From contig JAHDBM010000001.1 in NCBI GenBank assembly GCA_020630395.1, forward strand, positions 5,511-69,510: DNA of 64,000 nucleotides, read 5' to 3'. Numbering within the stretch: the stretch's first letter is position 1; the number at the start of each line of letters is the position of its first letter. This document shows, one piece after another, positions 17,119-27,458 of the stretch. The position numbers and the translations under genes are program-made. Below the pieces are notes generated by a model that ran no database searches, was not told where the DNA came from, and saw only the letters and a program-made list of their open reading frames with translations. Origin of the DNA: Flavobacteriales bacterium. Its GTDB lineage: Bacteria; Bacteroidota; Bacteroidia; Flavobacteriales_D; CAJJDF01.

Positions 17119-18506
17119 GATTTAATTAAACGAAATCCTTTCTTAAAAGTTTTGTTAGATATTGTTAAAATGTATGTTCCTGAAGTCATTGATGTAGGAA
17201 CTTCAATATTTTGAATAGTTAAAAAATCATTTTTAAATGATCCTCTCGCATGCACTTTACCCGATAAATCTATTAATTCGTAGTTATAATTTTCTCCAAA
17301 ATGTTGTAGTCCCATAACATTAATGTTATCATTTATTGGATTTGGGAACACCTTGAAACTATCTTCTTTGTTTTCTTTTTTAATACTAGTTGCTGCACCT
17401 ACATCTAATACAAAAAGTCCTTCTTGCATATCAGATGCTAATAAAATTCCTGATGGTAAAAATGGATACACCCCCCAGTTTCCTCTATAATTATTAAAAT
17501 TTGGTTCATTTGATGTATCAAAAAATCCAGTAAGAACAGGATTGCTTGGGTTTGTTAAATCCCATATATATACTCCATCAAAATAGTAGCTAACAAATAA
17601 ATAATTATCTCTAAAAATTAAGTTATGTGGTATAGACCTAGCTTCAATATCAGAACCCACTGTATCTAAAAATTGAATGTTACCTATATTAGTTACATCT
17701 AAAATTTTAACTTTTTTGCCGTGGGTTTCATCTGCCTGCGCATATGTTTTACCGTCTTCACTTAACCAGCCAGAATGATTATAGCCCTTGTCTGGGTATG
17801 TTGTTATACTTCCCAATAAAACAGGGTTAGACATATTGGTAAAATCCACTACAAACAACCCATCTCCTGCATTACACCATGCCGTGTCATTTCTAACATA
17901 TACATCATGTACATATCCACCAGCTGATGCTCCAACCGTACTAGCCCACCAAGGAATATCTATATGACACCTTTTTAATAAAACTGGACTTAATGGATTT
18001 GATAAGTCGTATACATCAAATTTGTTTTCTCCACCACAAGAATATAGTTTATCAGTAGCTGTATCGATAAAAATATTATGTGACCTTACGAATAATGAAT
18101 CTTCGTCATACACTAAATGAACTGAATCAGGAAGGTATGACATATCCATTATTTGTAAGGAAGCATCTCCTTCGTCACTAACTGCATATAAATATCCTTT
18201 ATAATCGTGATAATCTCTATGTACAATTTGTCTGCCTGTATCTCTTCCCCAAACAAAATCAACCATTTGAGAGGATGCTGGGTTTGTAACATCAAAAATA
18301 TGTACTCCTCTTGTGCTTCCAATAATGGCATATTCTCTACCTTCTTTTGCATACCCCCAAATCTCATTAAACGCATTTGAGTGTTGTGTTGTTTGTGTTA
18401 TTGTAGAATCTTTCCAGTGATATAGTAAACTAATATTGGAACTTGCTTGACTAAACCCACTAGTGGCTACTACTATTACAACTAATAAAGAGTATATTTT
18501 TTTCAT
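17115..18506 (-). CDS. Choice-of-anchor B family protein with T9SS type A CTD
   Basis: Same motifs as the neighbouring gene, signal peptide, VFPNPI...GTYILTI. Confidence 0.87.
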   Translation of the reverse strand: MKKIYSLLVVIVVATSGFSQASSNISLLYHWKDSTITQTTQHSNAFNEIWGYAKEGREYAIIGSTRGVHIFDVTNPASSQMVDFVWGRDTGRQIVHRDYHDYKGYLYAVSDEGDASLQIMDMSYLPDSVHLVYDEDSLFVRSHNIFIDTATDKLYSCGGENKFDVYDLSNPLSPVLLKRCHIDIPWWASTVGASAGGYVHDVYVRNDTAWCNAGDGLFVVDFTNMSNPVLLGSITTYPDKGYNHSGWLSEDGKTYAQADETHGKKVKILDVTNIGNIQFLDTVGSDIEARSIPHNLIFRDNYLFVSYYFDGVYIWDLTNPSNPVLTGFFDTSNEPNFNNYRGNWGVYPFLPSGILLASDMQEGLFVLDVGAATSIKKENKEDSFKVFPNPINDNINVMGLQHFGENYNYELIDLSGKVHARGSFKNDFLTIQNIEVPTSMTSGTYILTISNKTFKKGFRLIKS

Positions 18507-18533
18507 GTTGGTTTTGCTTAAACTTAAAGATAC

Positions 18534-18561
18534 AAAAAAGGCAGGATGATATCCTGCCCTT
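18534..18561 (-). terminator. Intrinsic terminator
   Basis: GGCAGGAT-GAT-ATCCTGCC with an A-run to the left. Confidence 0.7.
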
Positions 18562-18581
18562 AAATAATTATGTGTTAAACC

Positions 18582-20888
18582 CTATCTCAACAAAGAGAAA
18601 TGACCTATTTCATTATGTCTATTCCCATAAATGTCTCTAGCAACTATTCGGTACACATATACATCTTGCTTTACTTTTAACCCTTTATAAGTACCGTCCC
18701 AACCTTTGTCTTGCTCCTCAGTTGAAAATAATAAATCACCCCATCTATTAAATATATAGAACTTTAACTCTGTAATACCACTATAAGTTGGGATGAAATC
18801 TTCATTTAAACCATCACTATCTGGAGTAAATGCGTTAGGCACATATAATAAAAACTCATCACCAACTGGCACTTCTATGATAGTACTATCTACACAGCCA
18901 AAATTATTATATGCTATAAGTTTAACATTATAGTCATTCATAACACCTATTGGAAATTGGATACATGGGTCAGTACTAACTGATGTTTGATTATCAAAAT
19001 CAAAATCCCATAAATATGAATCTGCCTGAATTGATTTGTTAGTAAAACAAGCATCTGTGTTAAACAATGATAAATTTATTGGTGCATAACTAAAATCAGC
19101 TGTAGGAACTGGATGAACTATTACTGGTTTAGCAACTGTATCTTTACACCCATTATTAGTTGTTACGATTAACCTTACATTATGTGTCCCATCATTATCA
19201 TACAAATGAGTTGGGTTTTGTGAGGTATATACGCTATCGGTTAACCATAACCATGAATTTATTGATCCACTGGTAACAGTACTTAAATCAGTAAAGCTTG
19301 TTAATTCACCATAACAAACTGTATCTGCATCAAAATCAGCAACAGGTATTGGATATACTTCAATTTGTTTAGTAATATCTGCTACACACCCTCCAGGTGA
19401 TGTTGCTACTAACCTTACATTCTTAAATCCATCTGTTGAATAATTGGCGGTTGGATCTTCTTGTATACTTGTTGTTGAATTTCCTAAATACCATAACCAA
19501 AATACACCTGATGTATTGGAAGGGTTACCTAATGTAGTTGTATTAGTAAATTGATAAGGTGTGCCTAAACATTGATTTGTAAATGTAAAATCTGGCACTG
19601 GCATTTCGTCAACTCCAGCAACTGCATTAGCTGTATCTGCACAACCAAATGAATTTTCTACAATTAATTCTACGTTATAGGTTCCAGAAGCTGCATAAGT
19701 ATGAGTAAACAATGGAGTTGTTTGACTTCCTGTATTACCATCACCAAAATCCCAAGACGTATTACTAATTGTACCTGTAGATGAATTTACAATTGTGTTA
19801 TCATTCCCAAAACATACTGTATCAATTGTAAAAGCAGCATTAACATGAGGTGCAACCTCAACAATCCTAATTGCTGTATCTTTACAAACACTATCTAAAT
19901 GAACAATGTGTGTAACCGTGTATGTTCCTGTACTAGCGTATGTGTGCGAAACATTTAATGTGTTTGTTACTAAAGGACTTCCATCTCCAAAATCCCATGA
20001 ACTATATTGTATAGGTGGTTGAGCAGTACTACTAAAATTAGTAACATCTCCCAAACAAATCGTATCACTGTTAGAAAATCCAATTGTAAAGTTTAACGAA
20101 CCTGTTGATGCAGGGTCTATGTTAAGTACAATAGCATTAATTTGAGCAGCTGTAAGTAAAAAATTATTAGAATTGGTGTACTTTCTCGGTAAGACTCCGC
20201 TTCCGTCTGGATCTCCAGGATTTGGATCAATCGCAGTGGCATAAGATCCTCCAACACTAGATATAGCTCCACCTGCAGGAGCTGCAGGAGCGCCAAAGCC
20301 TGGGTCAACATGGTAGACTGTAAAATCTGCCCCATAAGTTGTTTTTAACCAATTATATTCTCCATAATCAGGAAAAGTACTTGCATTAGCTCCAGCTTGA
20401 GCTGCAGGACTATTCTTTAAACAAGATCCTGTGCTTTCTTTCATTGCATCTGTAAATACAAAAAATTTAATTGCACATCCTCCTGTAACTAAATCTAATT
20501 GGCTGCCAGTCCCCCATAGATTTGCTGCTCTCATGGCCTCAAATGAACCTGGAAGATGATCATTACCAAATGTCCATGCTCTACTCCATGTTTGAACTGT
20601 TGCTAAATTACTTGTAAAGGGAACTGTAACTTGGTAGCTATTATTAGTACCTGATGGATATGCATATTGAACAACTGCAATTTCTACATTGCTGTAAGTA
20701 GACAATATATTGGCACTAATTGCATCAATAGATGACTTCATATCAGGAAATTCTGAACCATTAACTGAACCAGAATTATCAACAATATAAATTACTTTGG
20801 CACAACCCAAACATTGTGAAGTTGATTGGGTAAACAATTGACTATATGATAATATAATCAAGGATATAATACAAGCTAGTTTTTTCAT
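18582..20888 (-). CDS. vWA plus PKD-repeat surface protein with T9SS type B (gliding-associated) CTD
   Basis: MIDAS DNSGS, several WDFGDG PKD repeats, VPNAFTPDSDGLNE...WDGTY. Start set at MKKLAC (20888). Confidence 0.88.
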   Translation of the reverse strand: MKKLACIISLIILSYSQLFTQSTSQCLGCAKVIYIVDNSGSVNGSEFPDMKSSIDAISANILSTYSNVEIAVVQYAYPSGTNNSYQVTVPFTSNLATVQTWSRAWTFGNDHLPGSFEAMRAANLWGTGSQLDLVTGGCAIKFFVFTDAMKESTGSCLKNSPAAQAGANASTFPDYGEYNWLKTTYGADFTVYHVDPGFGAPAAPAGGAISSVGGSYATAIDPNPGDPDGSGVLPRKYTNSNNFLLTAAQINAIVLNIDPASTGSLNFTIGFSNSDTICLGDVTNFSSTAQPPIQYSSWDFGDGSPLVTNTLNVSHTYASTGTYTVTHIVHLDSVCKDTAIRIVEVAPHVNAAFTIDTVCFGNDNTIVNSSTGTISNTSWDFGDGNTGSQTTPLFTHTYAASGTYNVELIVENSFGCADTANAVAGVDEMPVPDFTFTNQCLGTPYQFTNTTTLGNPSNTSGVFWLWYLGNSTTSIQEDPTANYSTDGFKNVRLVATSPGGCVADITKQIEVYPIPVADFDADTVCYGELTSFTDLSTVTSGSINSWLWLTDSVYTSQNPTHLYDNDGTHNVRLIVTTNNGCKDTVAKPVIVHPVPTADFSYAPINLSLFNTDACFTNKSIQADSYLWDFDFDNQTSVSTDPCIQFPIGVMNDYNVKLIAYNNFGCVDSTIIEVPVGDEFLLYVPNAFTPDSDGLNEDFIPTYSGITELKFYIFNRWGDLLFSTEEQDKGWDGTYKGLKVKQDVYVYRIVARDIYGNRHNEIGHFSLLR

Positions 20889-20910
20889 TTGTAAATTTAT
20901 TACATACATT

Positions 20911-20937
20911 TTAACGTTTAAAAAAAACTAGAGTTGC
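20911..20937 (-). promoter_or_regulatory. ECF-sigma-type promoter
   Basis: GCAACT-N15-CGTTAA on the - strand. Confidence 0.45.
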
Positions 20938-20992
20938 TTTAAATGACTAAAAATTAATTGTTTTAAATAAAAAACAATATTGTATACCAAAC

Positions 20993-21805
20993 TTATAATG
21001 TTTTAATTAATTCCTTAATGATTAACGTCATCTTTGGTTCAGCTTTTACTGCAACTGATTGAACAATTTCATGTGTCATTTCTATAATTTTACCAGGAAC
21101 ACCTAAATCTGTTACTATTGAGAATCCAAAGCATGGAATTGACATGTGTCTTGCAGCAATTACCTCTGGAACTGTAGACATCCCTACAGCATCAGACCCA
21201 ATAATTCTAACATATTTATATTCTGCTGGTGTTTCTAATGTTGGTCCTGATAAACCTGTATAAACCCCTTCGGCAACCCTAATGTTATTGTCTTTTGCAA
21301 TTTGCTTAGCCTTTTCGATCATTTTCTTATCATAAGGCTCGCTCATATCAGGAAATCTTGGTCCTAACTCATCTAAGTTTGGTCCCATTAATGGATTATC
21401 GCCAAACATATTAATATGATCGTTTATAATCATAATTTCTCCTATTTCAAAATCGGGATTGACACCTCCACTTGCATTAGAAACAAATAAAAATTCCAAT
21501 CCTAAAAATTTCATTACACGTACTGGAAACACTACTTCATTCATGTTGTATCCCTCATAATAATGAAACCTTCCTTGAAGCGCCATTACTTTTTTACCTC
21601 CTAATGTTCCAAAAATTAATCTTCCTGAGTGTCCCTCTACAGTTGAAACTGGAAAGTTAGGAATCTCTTCATATGGAAAACTATGATCAACATCTATTTC
21701 ATTAGCTAAACCTCCTAAACCTGTACCAAGTATTATCCCGATACCGTATTCTCCTCCAATTTTAGCTTTTAAAAATTCTGCCGTTTCTTTAATCTTGTTT
21801 AACAT
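20993..21805 (-). CDS. punA: Purine-nucleoside phosphorylase
   Basis: IILGTGLG, GRFHYYEG, GPTLETPAE, GMSTVPE. Confidence 0.93.
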   Translation of the reverse strand: MLNKIKETAEFLKAKIGGEYGIGIILGTGLGGLANEIDVDHSFPYEEIPNFPVSTVEGHSGRLIFGTLGGKKVMALQGRFHYYEGYNMNEVVFPVRVMKFLGLEFLFVSNASGGVNPDFEIGEIMIINDHINMFGDNPLMGPNLDELGPRFPDMSEPYDKKMIEKAKQIAKDNNIRVAEGVYTGLSGPTLETPAEYKYVRIIGSDAVGMSTVPEVIAARHMSIPCFGFSIVTDLGVPGKIIEMTHEIVQSVAVKAEPKMTLIIKELIKTL

Positions 21806-22838
21806 AGTTTATTATTTGGTTATCAAATTTATCTTTTTCACTTAATAATTCAACCTCTATTCCAATAAAAAACAAAGGAAGTGACATTAATCGTTTTTCT
21901 GTTTGTAATCTTACTGCATCTTTTTCGGTAGTAAGAATCATCTTTTTTTCGTTAGAGATTCCATCAAATATATCAATAATGTTCGAAATATTTTTTGGAG
22001 TAAAATTATGATGGTCTGGAAATTTTAAATGTTTGTAGGCAACATTATCTTTTTCAAGTTTTTTTATTAATGGTTTTGGGTTTGCAATTCCAGTAACTAA
22101 CACTACTTGATAAGATGATAAATCTTTACTATCTACTTTAGAAAAAGAAGGGTTAAATGATTTGATATCGCCATACATTATTTTAGAAAAATAAACTTGT
22201 TGGTAGTCATACGGTTTTATTCTTTGCTTAATATTATGCATTTCATCCTCCGATAATTCATCAGGGCATTTAGTAATAATAACAATATCAGCTCGTTTAT
22301 ATTCGGCTCTTCTTTCTCTTAAATTACCTACTGGTAAAATATAATCTTCATAAAATGGCTTGTTATATTCGGTAAGTAATATAGATTTCCCTGCTTTTAT
22401 AGCTCTATGTTGATAAGCATCATCTAACACAATCACTTCTGTGTCGGGTTCATTGCTCATAATTCTTATTACTCCCATTACCCTATTCGCCTCAACAAAA
22501 ACATTAACTTGAGGTTTAAATTTAGTATAAAACTGTAGTGGTTCGTCTCCAATATTTTTTGCAGTATGTTCATCATTTGCCTGAATAAATCCAGGGGTTT
22601 TTCTTCCATAACCTCTACTTAATGTAGCAACTTGTTTTTGATCCTTTAATAATCTTAATATATATTCTACATGAGGCGTTTTTCCTGTTCCTCCTGTAGA
22701 TAAATTCCCTACTAAAATAATGGGCACATCAAACTCAGTAGACTTCATAATCTTTTTGTTAAACAACACATTACGAATAGCTGTTATGCCATAATATATT
22801 AGTCCAAAGGGAAACAATAAGAATCTAACTATCTTCAC
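21789..22838 (-). CDS. lpxK: Tetraacyldisaccharide 4'-kinase
   Basis: VGNLSTGGTGKTP, LSRGYGR, LDDAYQH, TTEKD. Confidence 0.95.
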   Translation of the reverse strand: MKIVRFLLFPFGLIYYGITAIRNVLFNKKIMKSTEFDVPIILVGNLSTGGTGKTPHVEYILRLLKDQKQVATLSRGYGRKTPGFIQANDEHTAKNIGDEPLQFYTKFKPQVNVFVEANRVMGVIRIMSNEPDTEVIVLDDAYQHRAIKAGKSILLTEYNKPFYEDYILPVGNLRERRAEYKRADIVIITKCPDELSEDEMHNIKQRIKPYDYQQVYFSKIMYGDIKSFNPSFSKVDSKDLSSYQVVLVTGIANPKPLIKKLEKDNVAYKHLKFPDHHNFTPKNISNIIDIFDGISNEKKMILTTEKDAVRLQTEKRLMSLPLFFIGIEVELLSEKDKFDNQIINYVKQD

Positions 22839-22841
22839 TAC

Positions 22842-24050
22842 TTAGCTTTTAGGAAAACATAGGTAATACTTTTCTACTGGTACAGTTAATGCTTGAACGT
22901 TAAAATTATCTGAAGCTTCTGTTATATCTTGAACCCTTCCATCTTTAAATAGAATCTTTATACTATCATCTAATGCATTGTAGGCATTGTTTTTAATAGA
23001 GTTAGTAAACACAAAGTGTTTGGCCTCTTCATTGGTTATTCCCATTGAAAATAAAGTGTCTTTAATTTTTTTATCAAGCAATTCCTGATCAAATTTTTGT
23101 TTACTAATGAGTACTTTAGGTAGCTTTCTATTTATTATAGATTGAGACAAACTTGCTAGTACTTTATCTTCATGATGACACCATGCCTTGATGGAAGTTA
23201 ACACATCAAAATCATCTAATTCGGTAAACGCTAATAATACCTCTTCTTTTAAAAAGTCTTCTTTGTAAAAATCATGATATAAAAATCTATGAAAAGCTGG
23301 ACTCGCAAATAACTCCTCTCCCTTTCTTGCTAATTCTTTTGCTCTTTTTAATACCTCAACCAAAACAGATTCTGCTCCTAATACAGTTTTATGTAAATAA
23401 ACTTGCCAATACATTAATCGTCTTGCTACTATGAACTTTTCTATGCTATAAATCCCTTTTTGGTCGACTACTAGTTCATCATTTTTGACATTTAGCATAT
23501 TAATAATACGCTCACTACTTACAACACCTTCTGAAACTCCACTATAAAAACTATCTCTTTTAAGATAATCTAATCGGTCCATATCTAATTGACTAGAAAC
23601 TAACTGATGTAAGAATTTTTTATGGTATGTATTCTTGAAAATTTCAATTCCAAGGTCTAATTCGCCATTAAACTCATCATTTAATCGATCCATTAGTAAA
23701 ACCGATAAGTCTTCATGATTAACTCCACTTACAATACTATGTTCTAATGCATGTGAAAATGGTCCATGTCCAATATCATGCAATAAAATTGCTATTAACA
23801 CACCAATTTCTTCATCTTCAGTTATCTCAATTCCTTTTTCTCTTATAGATAAAACTGCCTGTTGCATAAGGTGTGTTGCACCCATAGCATGATGAAAACG
23901 AGTATGATGTGCACCAGGATAAACCATATAGGTTAATCCCAATTGTTTTATTCTACTTAGCCTTTGAAAAAAAGGATGATCGACCAATTTTAAAATAATT
24001 GGATGTCTTGTAGAAATAAAACCATATATTGGATCGTTAAATATCTTCAT
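22842..24050 (-). CDS. HD-domain phosphohydrolase (dNTP triphosphohydrolase-like)
   Basis: HTRFHH, LLHDIGHGPFSH, DMDRLDYLKRD. Confidence 0.9.
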   Translation of the reverse strand: MKIFNDPIYGFISTRHPIILKLVDHPFFQRLSRIKQLGLTYMVYPGAHHTRFHHAMGATHLMQQAVLSIREKGIEITEDEEIGVLIAILLHDIGHGPFSHALEHSIVSGVNHEDLSVLLMDRLNDEFNGELDLGIEIFKNTYHKKFLHQLVSSQLDMDRLDYLKRDSFYSGVSEGVVSSERIINMLNVKNDELVVDQKGIYSIEKFIVARRLMYWQVYLHKTVLGAESVLVEVLKRAKELARKGEELFASPAFHRFLYHDFYKEDFLKEEVLLAFTELDDFDVLTSIKAWCHHEDKVLASLSQSIINRKLPKVLISKQKFDQELLDKKIKDTLFSMGITNEEAKHFVFTNSIKNNAYNALDDSIKILFKDGRVQDITEASDNFNVQALTVPVEKYYLCFPKS

Positions 24051-24103
24051 TACGTAATATTAAGTGTTTAAATTAATCATATATCCCTTTTAAAACAAAA
24101 CCT

Positions 24104-25651
24104 ATGGCAGCTAACATCCTTTGGGCAGATGACGAAATCGAATTATTAAAACCTCATATCATGTTTTTACAACAAAAAGGATATGATGTAGACACCATAA
24201 ATAATGGTGACGAAGCCATTGATATGGTTAAGGATAATCAATATGATTTGGTCTTTTTAGATGAAAACATGCCTGGATTAACAGGACTTGAAACCCTTAC
24301 TGAGATTAAAAAAATTCGTCCATCACTTCCGATCATTATGATTACAAAAAGTGAAGAAGAAACCATTATGGAAACTGCGATTGGTCGAAATATTTCTGAT
24401 TATTTAATTAAACCAGTTAATCCAAACCAAATTTTACTTTCTATTAAAAAGAATGTAGACAAAGGAAGGTTAGTAAGTGAAGAAACAACTACTTCTTATC
24501 AACAAGAGTTTCGCCAAATAAGTATGCGATTAATGGATCGTTTAGATAAAGACGATTGGAAAGATTTATATAAAGACTTGGTATACTGGGATCTTAAAAT
24601 GGATGAATCTACAGATAAAAGCATGGGAGAAATCTTTAGCATGCAAAAGAAAGAAGCCAACCAACAGTTTTGTAAATACATTGAAGCTAACTATTTAGAT
24701 TGGTTAAACGATCAATCGGATGATACTCCTGTTTTATCACATACTTTAGTAAGTAAAAAAGTTGCTCCACATGTTGGTGAAGGAAAAACATTTTTCTTGG
24801 TTATTGATAATCTACGATTTGATCAATGGAAAATTATGCAACCTATATTTAGTCAGTATTTTACTGTTGAAGAACAAGATATGTACTATAGTATTTTACC
24901 TACTGCTACTCAATATGCTCGTAATTCTTTGTTTGCTGGTTTAATGCCTAGCGAAATTAAAAGGCGTTTTCCTAATAAATGGGTAGATGAAGATGAAGAA
25001 GGAGGAAAAAACAACTTTGAAGAAGATTTTATAGTTGACCAAATGAAACGTTTAGGAAAAAGTGTTAAAACGTCTTACAACAAAATTACCAACCTTAATA
25101 AAGGGAAAAAATTAGTGGAGAATTTCTCTGATTTATTACAAAATGACTTTAATGTAATTGTATATAATTTCGTAGATATGCTCTCGCACGCTAGAACCGA
25201 CATGGAAGTTATTCGTGAACTTGCAGATGATGAAAAAGCTTACCGTTCGTTAACTATGAGTTGGTTTGAAAACTCTGCTTTATTAGATATAGTTAAAAAA
25301 ATTAGCGAAAGTGGAGCTCAATTAATCGTTACAACCGATCATGGAATGGTTAAAGTAAATAACCCTTCTAAAGTTGTTGGGGATAAAAATGTAAATACCA
25401 ACTTAAGGTATAAACTTGGTAAAAATTTAAGCTACGATAAAAAAGAAGTGTTTGCAATCACTAATCCTGATGATGCATTTTTACCTAAATTAAATGTAAC
25501 TACTAAATATATTTTTGCTAAGGAGGAAGACTTTTTTGCCTACCCTAATAATTACAACTACTATGTAAACTATTACAAAGACACCTTTCAACATGGAGGT
25601 ATTTCTTTAGAGGAGGTCTTGATTCCTATTGTGAGGCTGAAGGCGAAGTAA
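24104..25651 (+). CDS. porX: PorX-type response regulator (receiver plus PglZ domain)
   Basis: ILWADDE, LDENMPG, IDNLRFDQW, TTDHG, FQHGG. Divergent from the HD gene as is usual in Bacteroidota. Confidence 0.9.
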   Translation: MAANILWADDEIELLKPHIMFLQQKGYDVDTINNGDEAIDMVKDNQYDLVFLDENMPGLTGLETLTEIKKIRPSLPIIMITKSEEETIMETAIGRNISDYLIKPVNPNQILLSIKKNVDKGRLVSEETTTSYQQEFRQISMRLMDRLDKDDWKDLYKDLVYWDLKMDESTDKSMGEIFSMQKKEANQQFCKYIEANYLDWLNDQSDDTPVLSHTLVSKKVAPHVGEGKTFFLVIDNLRFDQWKIMQPIFSQYFTVEEQDMYYSILPTATQYARNSLFAGLMPSEIKRRFPNKWVDEDEEGGKNNFEEDFIVDQMKRLGKSVKTSYNKITNLNKGKKLVENFSDLLQNDFNVIVYNFVDMLSHARTDMEVIRELADDEKAYRSLTMSWFENSALLDIVKKISESGAQLIVTTDHGMVKVNNPSKVVGDKNVNTNLRYKLGKNLSYDKKEVFAITNPDDAFLPKLNVTTKYIFAKEEDFFAYPNNYNYYVNYYKDTFQHGGISLEEVLIPIVRLKAK

Positions 25652-25668
25652 TTTTCATCTTCGATTAT

Positions 25669-25833
25669 GTTCTCGATACAAATTTAATTCTCAACCATTA
25701 TTTCAAATTAAATTTACTCCAAGTGGCAACGCAAAAAACTATGTCTTTAATTAGATTCCTGCCTTCGCAGGAATGATAGCTTTATTTAGTTTAATCATAA
25801 AAAGTCCTTTCCTTCGGATAGGGTTGGGAGAGG
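25669..25833. repeat. Cluster of three REP-like palindromic units between convergent genes
   Basis: AAATTTAATT(25680)/AATTAAATTT(25706) flanked by GTTCTCGATAC and ACTCCAAGTG. ATTCCTGC-CTTC-GCAGGAAT (25755-25774). AAAGTCCTTTCCTTCGGATAGGGTTGGGAGAGG (25801-25833). Confidence 0.55.
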
Positions 25834-25840
25834 ATAATTC

Positions 25841-26308
25841 TTACTTTTTTACAATTGTTTTTAACAACTCATACATTTTGCCATCACTAATACTACAACC
25901 ATTTTTAAGCATATCAAAGATTTCTTCTTCTCTTTGCTTGCTATAAGTTTTGCTTGTTGTATATGTTTTAATCCCACTATTAACATCTCCTATGGCACTC
26001 ATAATAGAGGCATGATCGGAGAAGTCTACTTTATCAGCATCTAATCCAACCAAAACCGCTTGTTTGGCTTCGTATTTAAAATATTTAAGCGAGTTTTTAG
26101 AAACATGTTCAAGGTATTGAACTTTCATTAGAACAGAATTGAAAATAACATCAGCAAAAATCTCTACTATTTTCTCTGCTTTTTCTGGTTCTTCTTGCTT
26201 AATCTTTTGCCAACTTTCCGCATCAATGCCATTAACAGCTAAATATTCTTTAAACTCTTGTTCAAAAAGCGGTAATTCTTCTTTGGTTAAGGTTCTAAAT
26301 TTAGTCAT
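25841..26308 (-). CDS. Conserved Bacteroidota protein (DUF6495-like)
   Basis: KFRTLTKEEL...FKEYLAVNGIDAESW...REEEIF. Confidence 0.7.
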   Translation of the reverse strand: MTKFRTLTKEELPLFEQEFKEYLAVNGIDAESWQKIKQEEPEKAEKIVEIFADVIFNSVLMKVQYLEHVSKNSLKYFKYEAKQAVLVGLDADKVDFSDHASIMSAIGDVNSGIKTYTTSKTYSKQREEEIFDMLKNGCSISDGKMYELLKTIVKK

Positions 26309-27458
26309 GGGTAATGGGGTTTAATCGAACTGTTGTATCTCCTTTAAATATAACGGTAAAGTCGCTCCAATCCTTGCTTGTTTTTGCTCTATAATCTGGT
26401 TTATAATAATCAGTAGAGATTATTTGTGCTCCACTTGTCTTAGCCTTATTAAATTTAGTATAATCTCCGGTTTTAGCTTCATGAACTGGAGTATCGGATC
26501 GCGTTCTTACTATAAATCCTTTTTTAACCAACTCTTTAATCTTTTCTTGATTTACTATTGGATCATCTACTTGAATAATAGCAGCTTCTGGATGTTCTTC
26601 ATCCAAATAGAAAAACATCATTCGATTTTTTAATGATGGGACTGGTGAATAGTTCCAACCAGCATTTTTCCCCCTGTGAGATTCCTTATCTAAATACCGT
26701 TCTTTTGTTTTTTCTTTTGCATGACCAATAAACAAAATTTTACCTCTCATTTGGTTTAATGTTGGCCATCCGTCTTTTAATATCGTTTCTTTTAAATATT
26801 CATCTCCTAGACGTAAACTATCAGGTATGTATACTTTATCTAAATCATCTTTAAATACCTCTTTTATTTCTTCATCAATACCTAGTAAAGCTTCTTTATC
26901 AAACTTAAGTGCCTTTTTATGTCCAAATAGGTTTGCAGGAAAAACATTTCCTGGAGCCTTCTCTTTCAATTCAACCATTATAAATAGTGGAAAATGATTA
27001 GGGTTATTATTAGAATACTCCAGTATCTCTTTTAGCACACTTTTAAAGGTATAATTATGTGTTCTATAATCTACGCCAGTCATGTGATGAACTTTTAATC
27101 CTGGCTCTTGAAGTTCTTTGACATAAGATTTCTTTTTTCCTCCAAAAAAGAAATTGGTTTTCCGTTTGTAATACCTACCTCCTTTTGGGTCATGATAAAT
27201 ATCAATTTCTAACCCTTTTAATTGAAAACTATCGAGTTGAGTGGTAAGATCGGCATGGTAATAATCCCATTGATCTAATACTTTAAATGGCCAATGCTGA
27301 GCTTTTTTAACATATTTTGGTAAAGGACCTACACGGCAACTATTATGACTAATAATCCATTGAAATTTATTAATTGGAGTCGTATCTTTTGCTGCTTGGT
27401 TATAACCAACTATACTAAAAACAACACACCCAAATAGTACACATAACAATTTCATCAT
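26301..27458 (-). CDS. Ca2+-dependent phosphoinositide-specific phospholipase C-like protein
   Basis: SHNS, LEIDIYHDPKGG, VRTRSD, GAQIISTDY, signal peptide. Confidence 0.8.
   Translation of the reverse strand: MMKLLCVLFGCVVFSIVGYNQAAKDTTPINKFQWIISHNSCRVGPLPKYVKKAQHWPFKVLDQWDYYHADLTTQLDSFQLKGLEIDIYHDPKGGRYYKRKTNFFFGGKKKSYVKELQEPGLKVHHMTGVDYRTHNYTFKSVLKEILEYSNNNPNHFPLFIMVELKEKAPGNVFPANLFGHKKALKFDKEALLGIDEEIKEVFKDDLDKVYIPDSLRLGDEYLKETILKDGWPTLNQMRGKILFIGHAKEKTKERYLDKESHRGKNAGWNYSPVPSLKNRMMFFYLDEEHPEAAIIQVDDPIVNQEKIKELVKKGFIVRTRSDTPVHEAKTGDYTKFNKAKTSGAQIISTDYYKPDYRAKTSKDWSDFTVIFKGDTTVRLNPITHD

Noticed and set aside
24104-25651. BREX defence system suggested by the PglZ domain
   Set aside because: A receiver-PglZ fusion divergent from an HD gene is the housekeeping PorX arrangement, and no brx genes are nearby.
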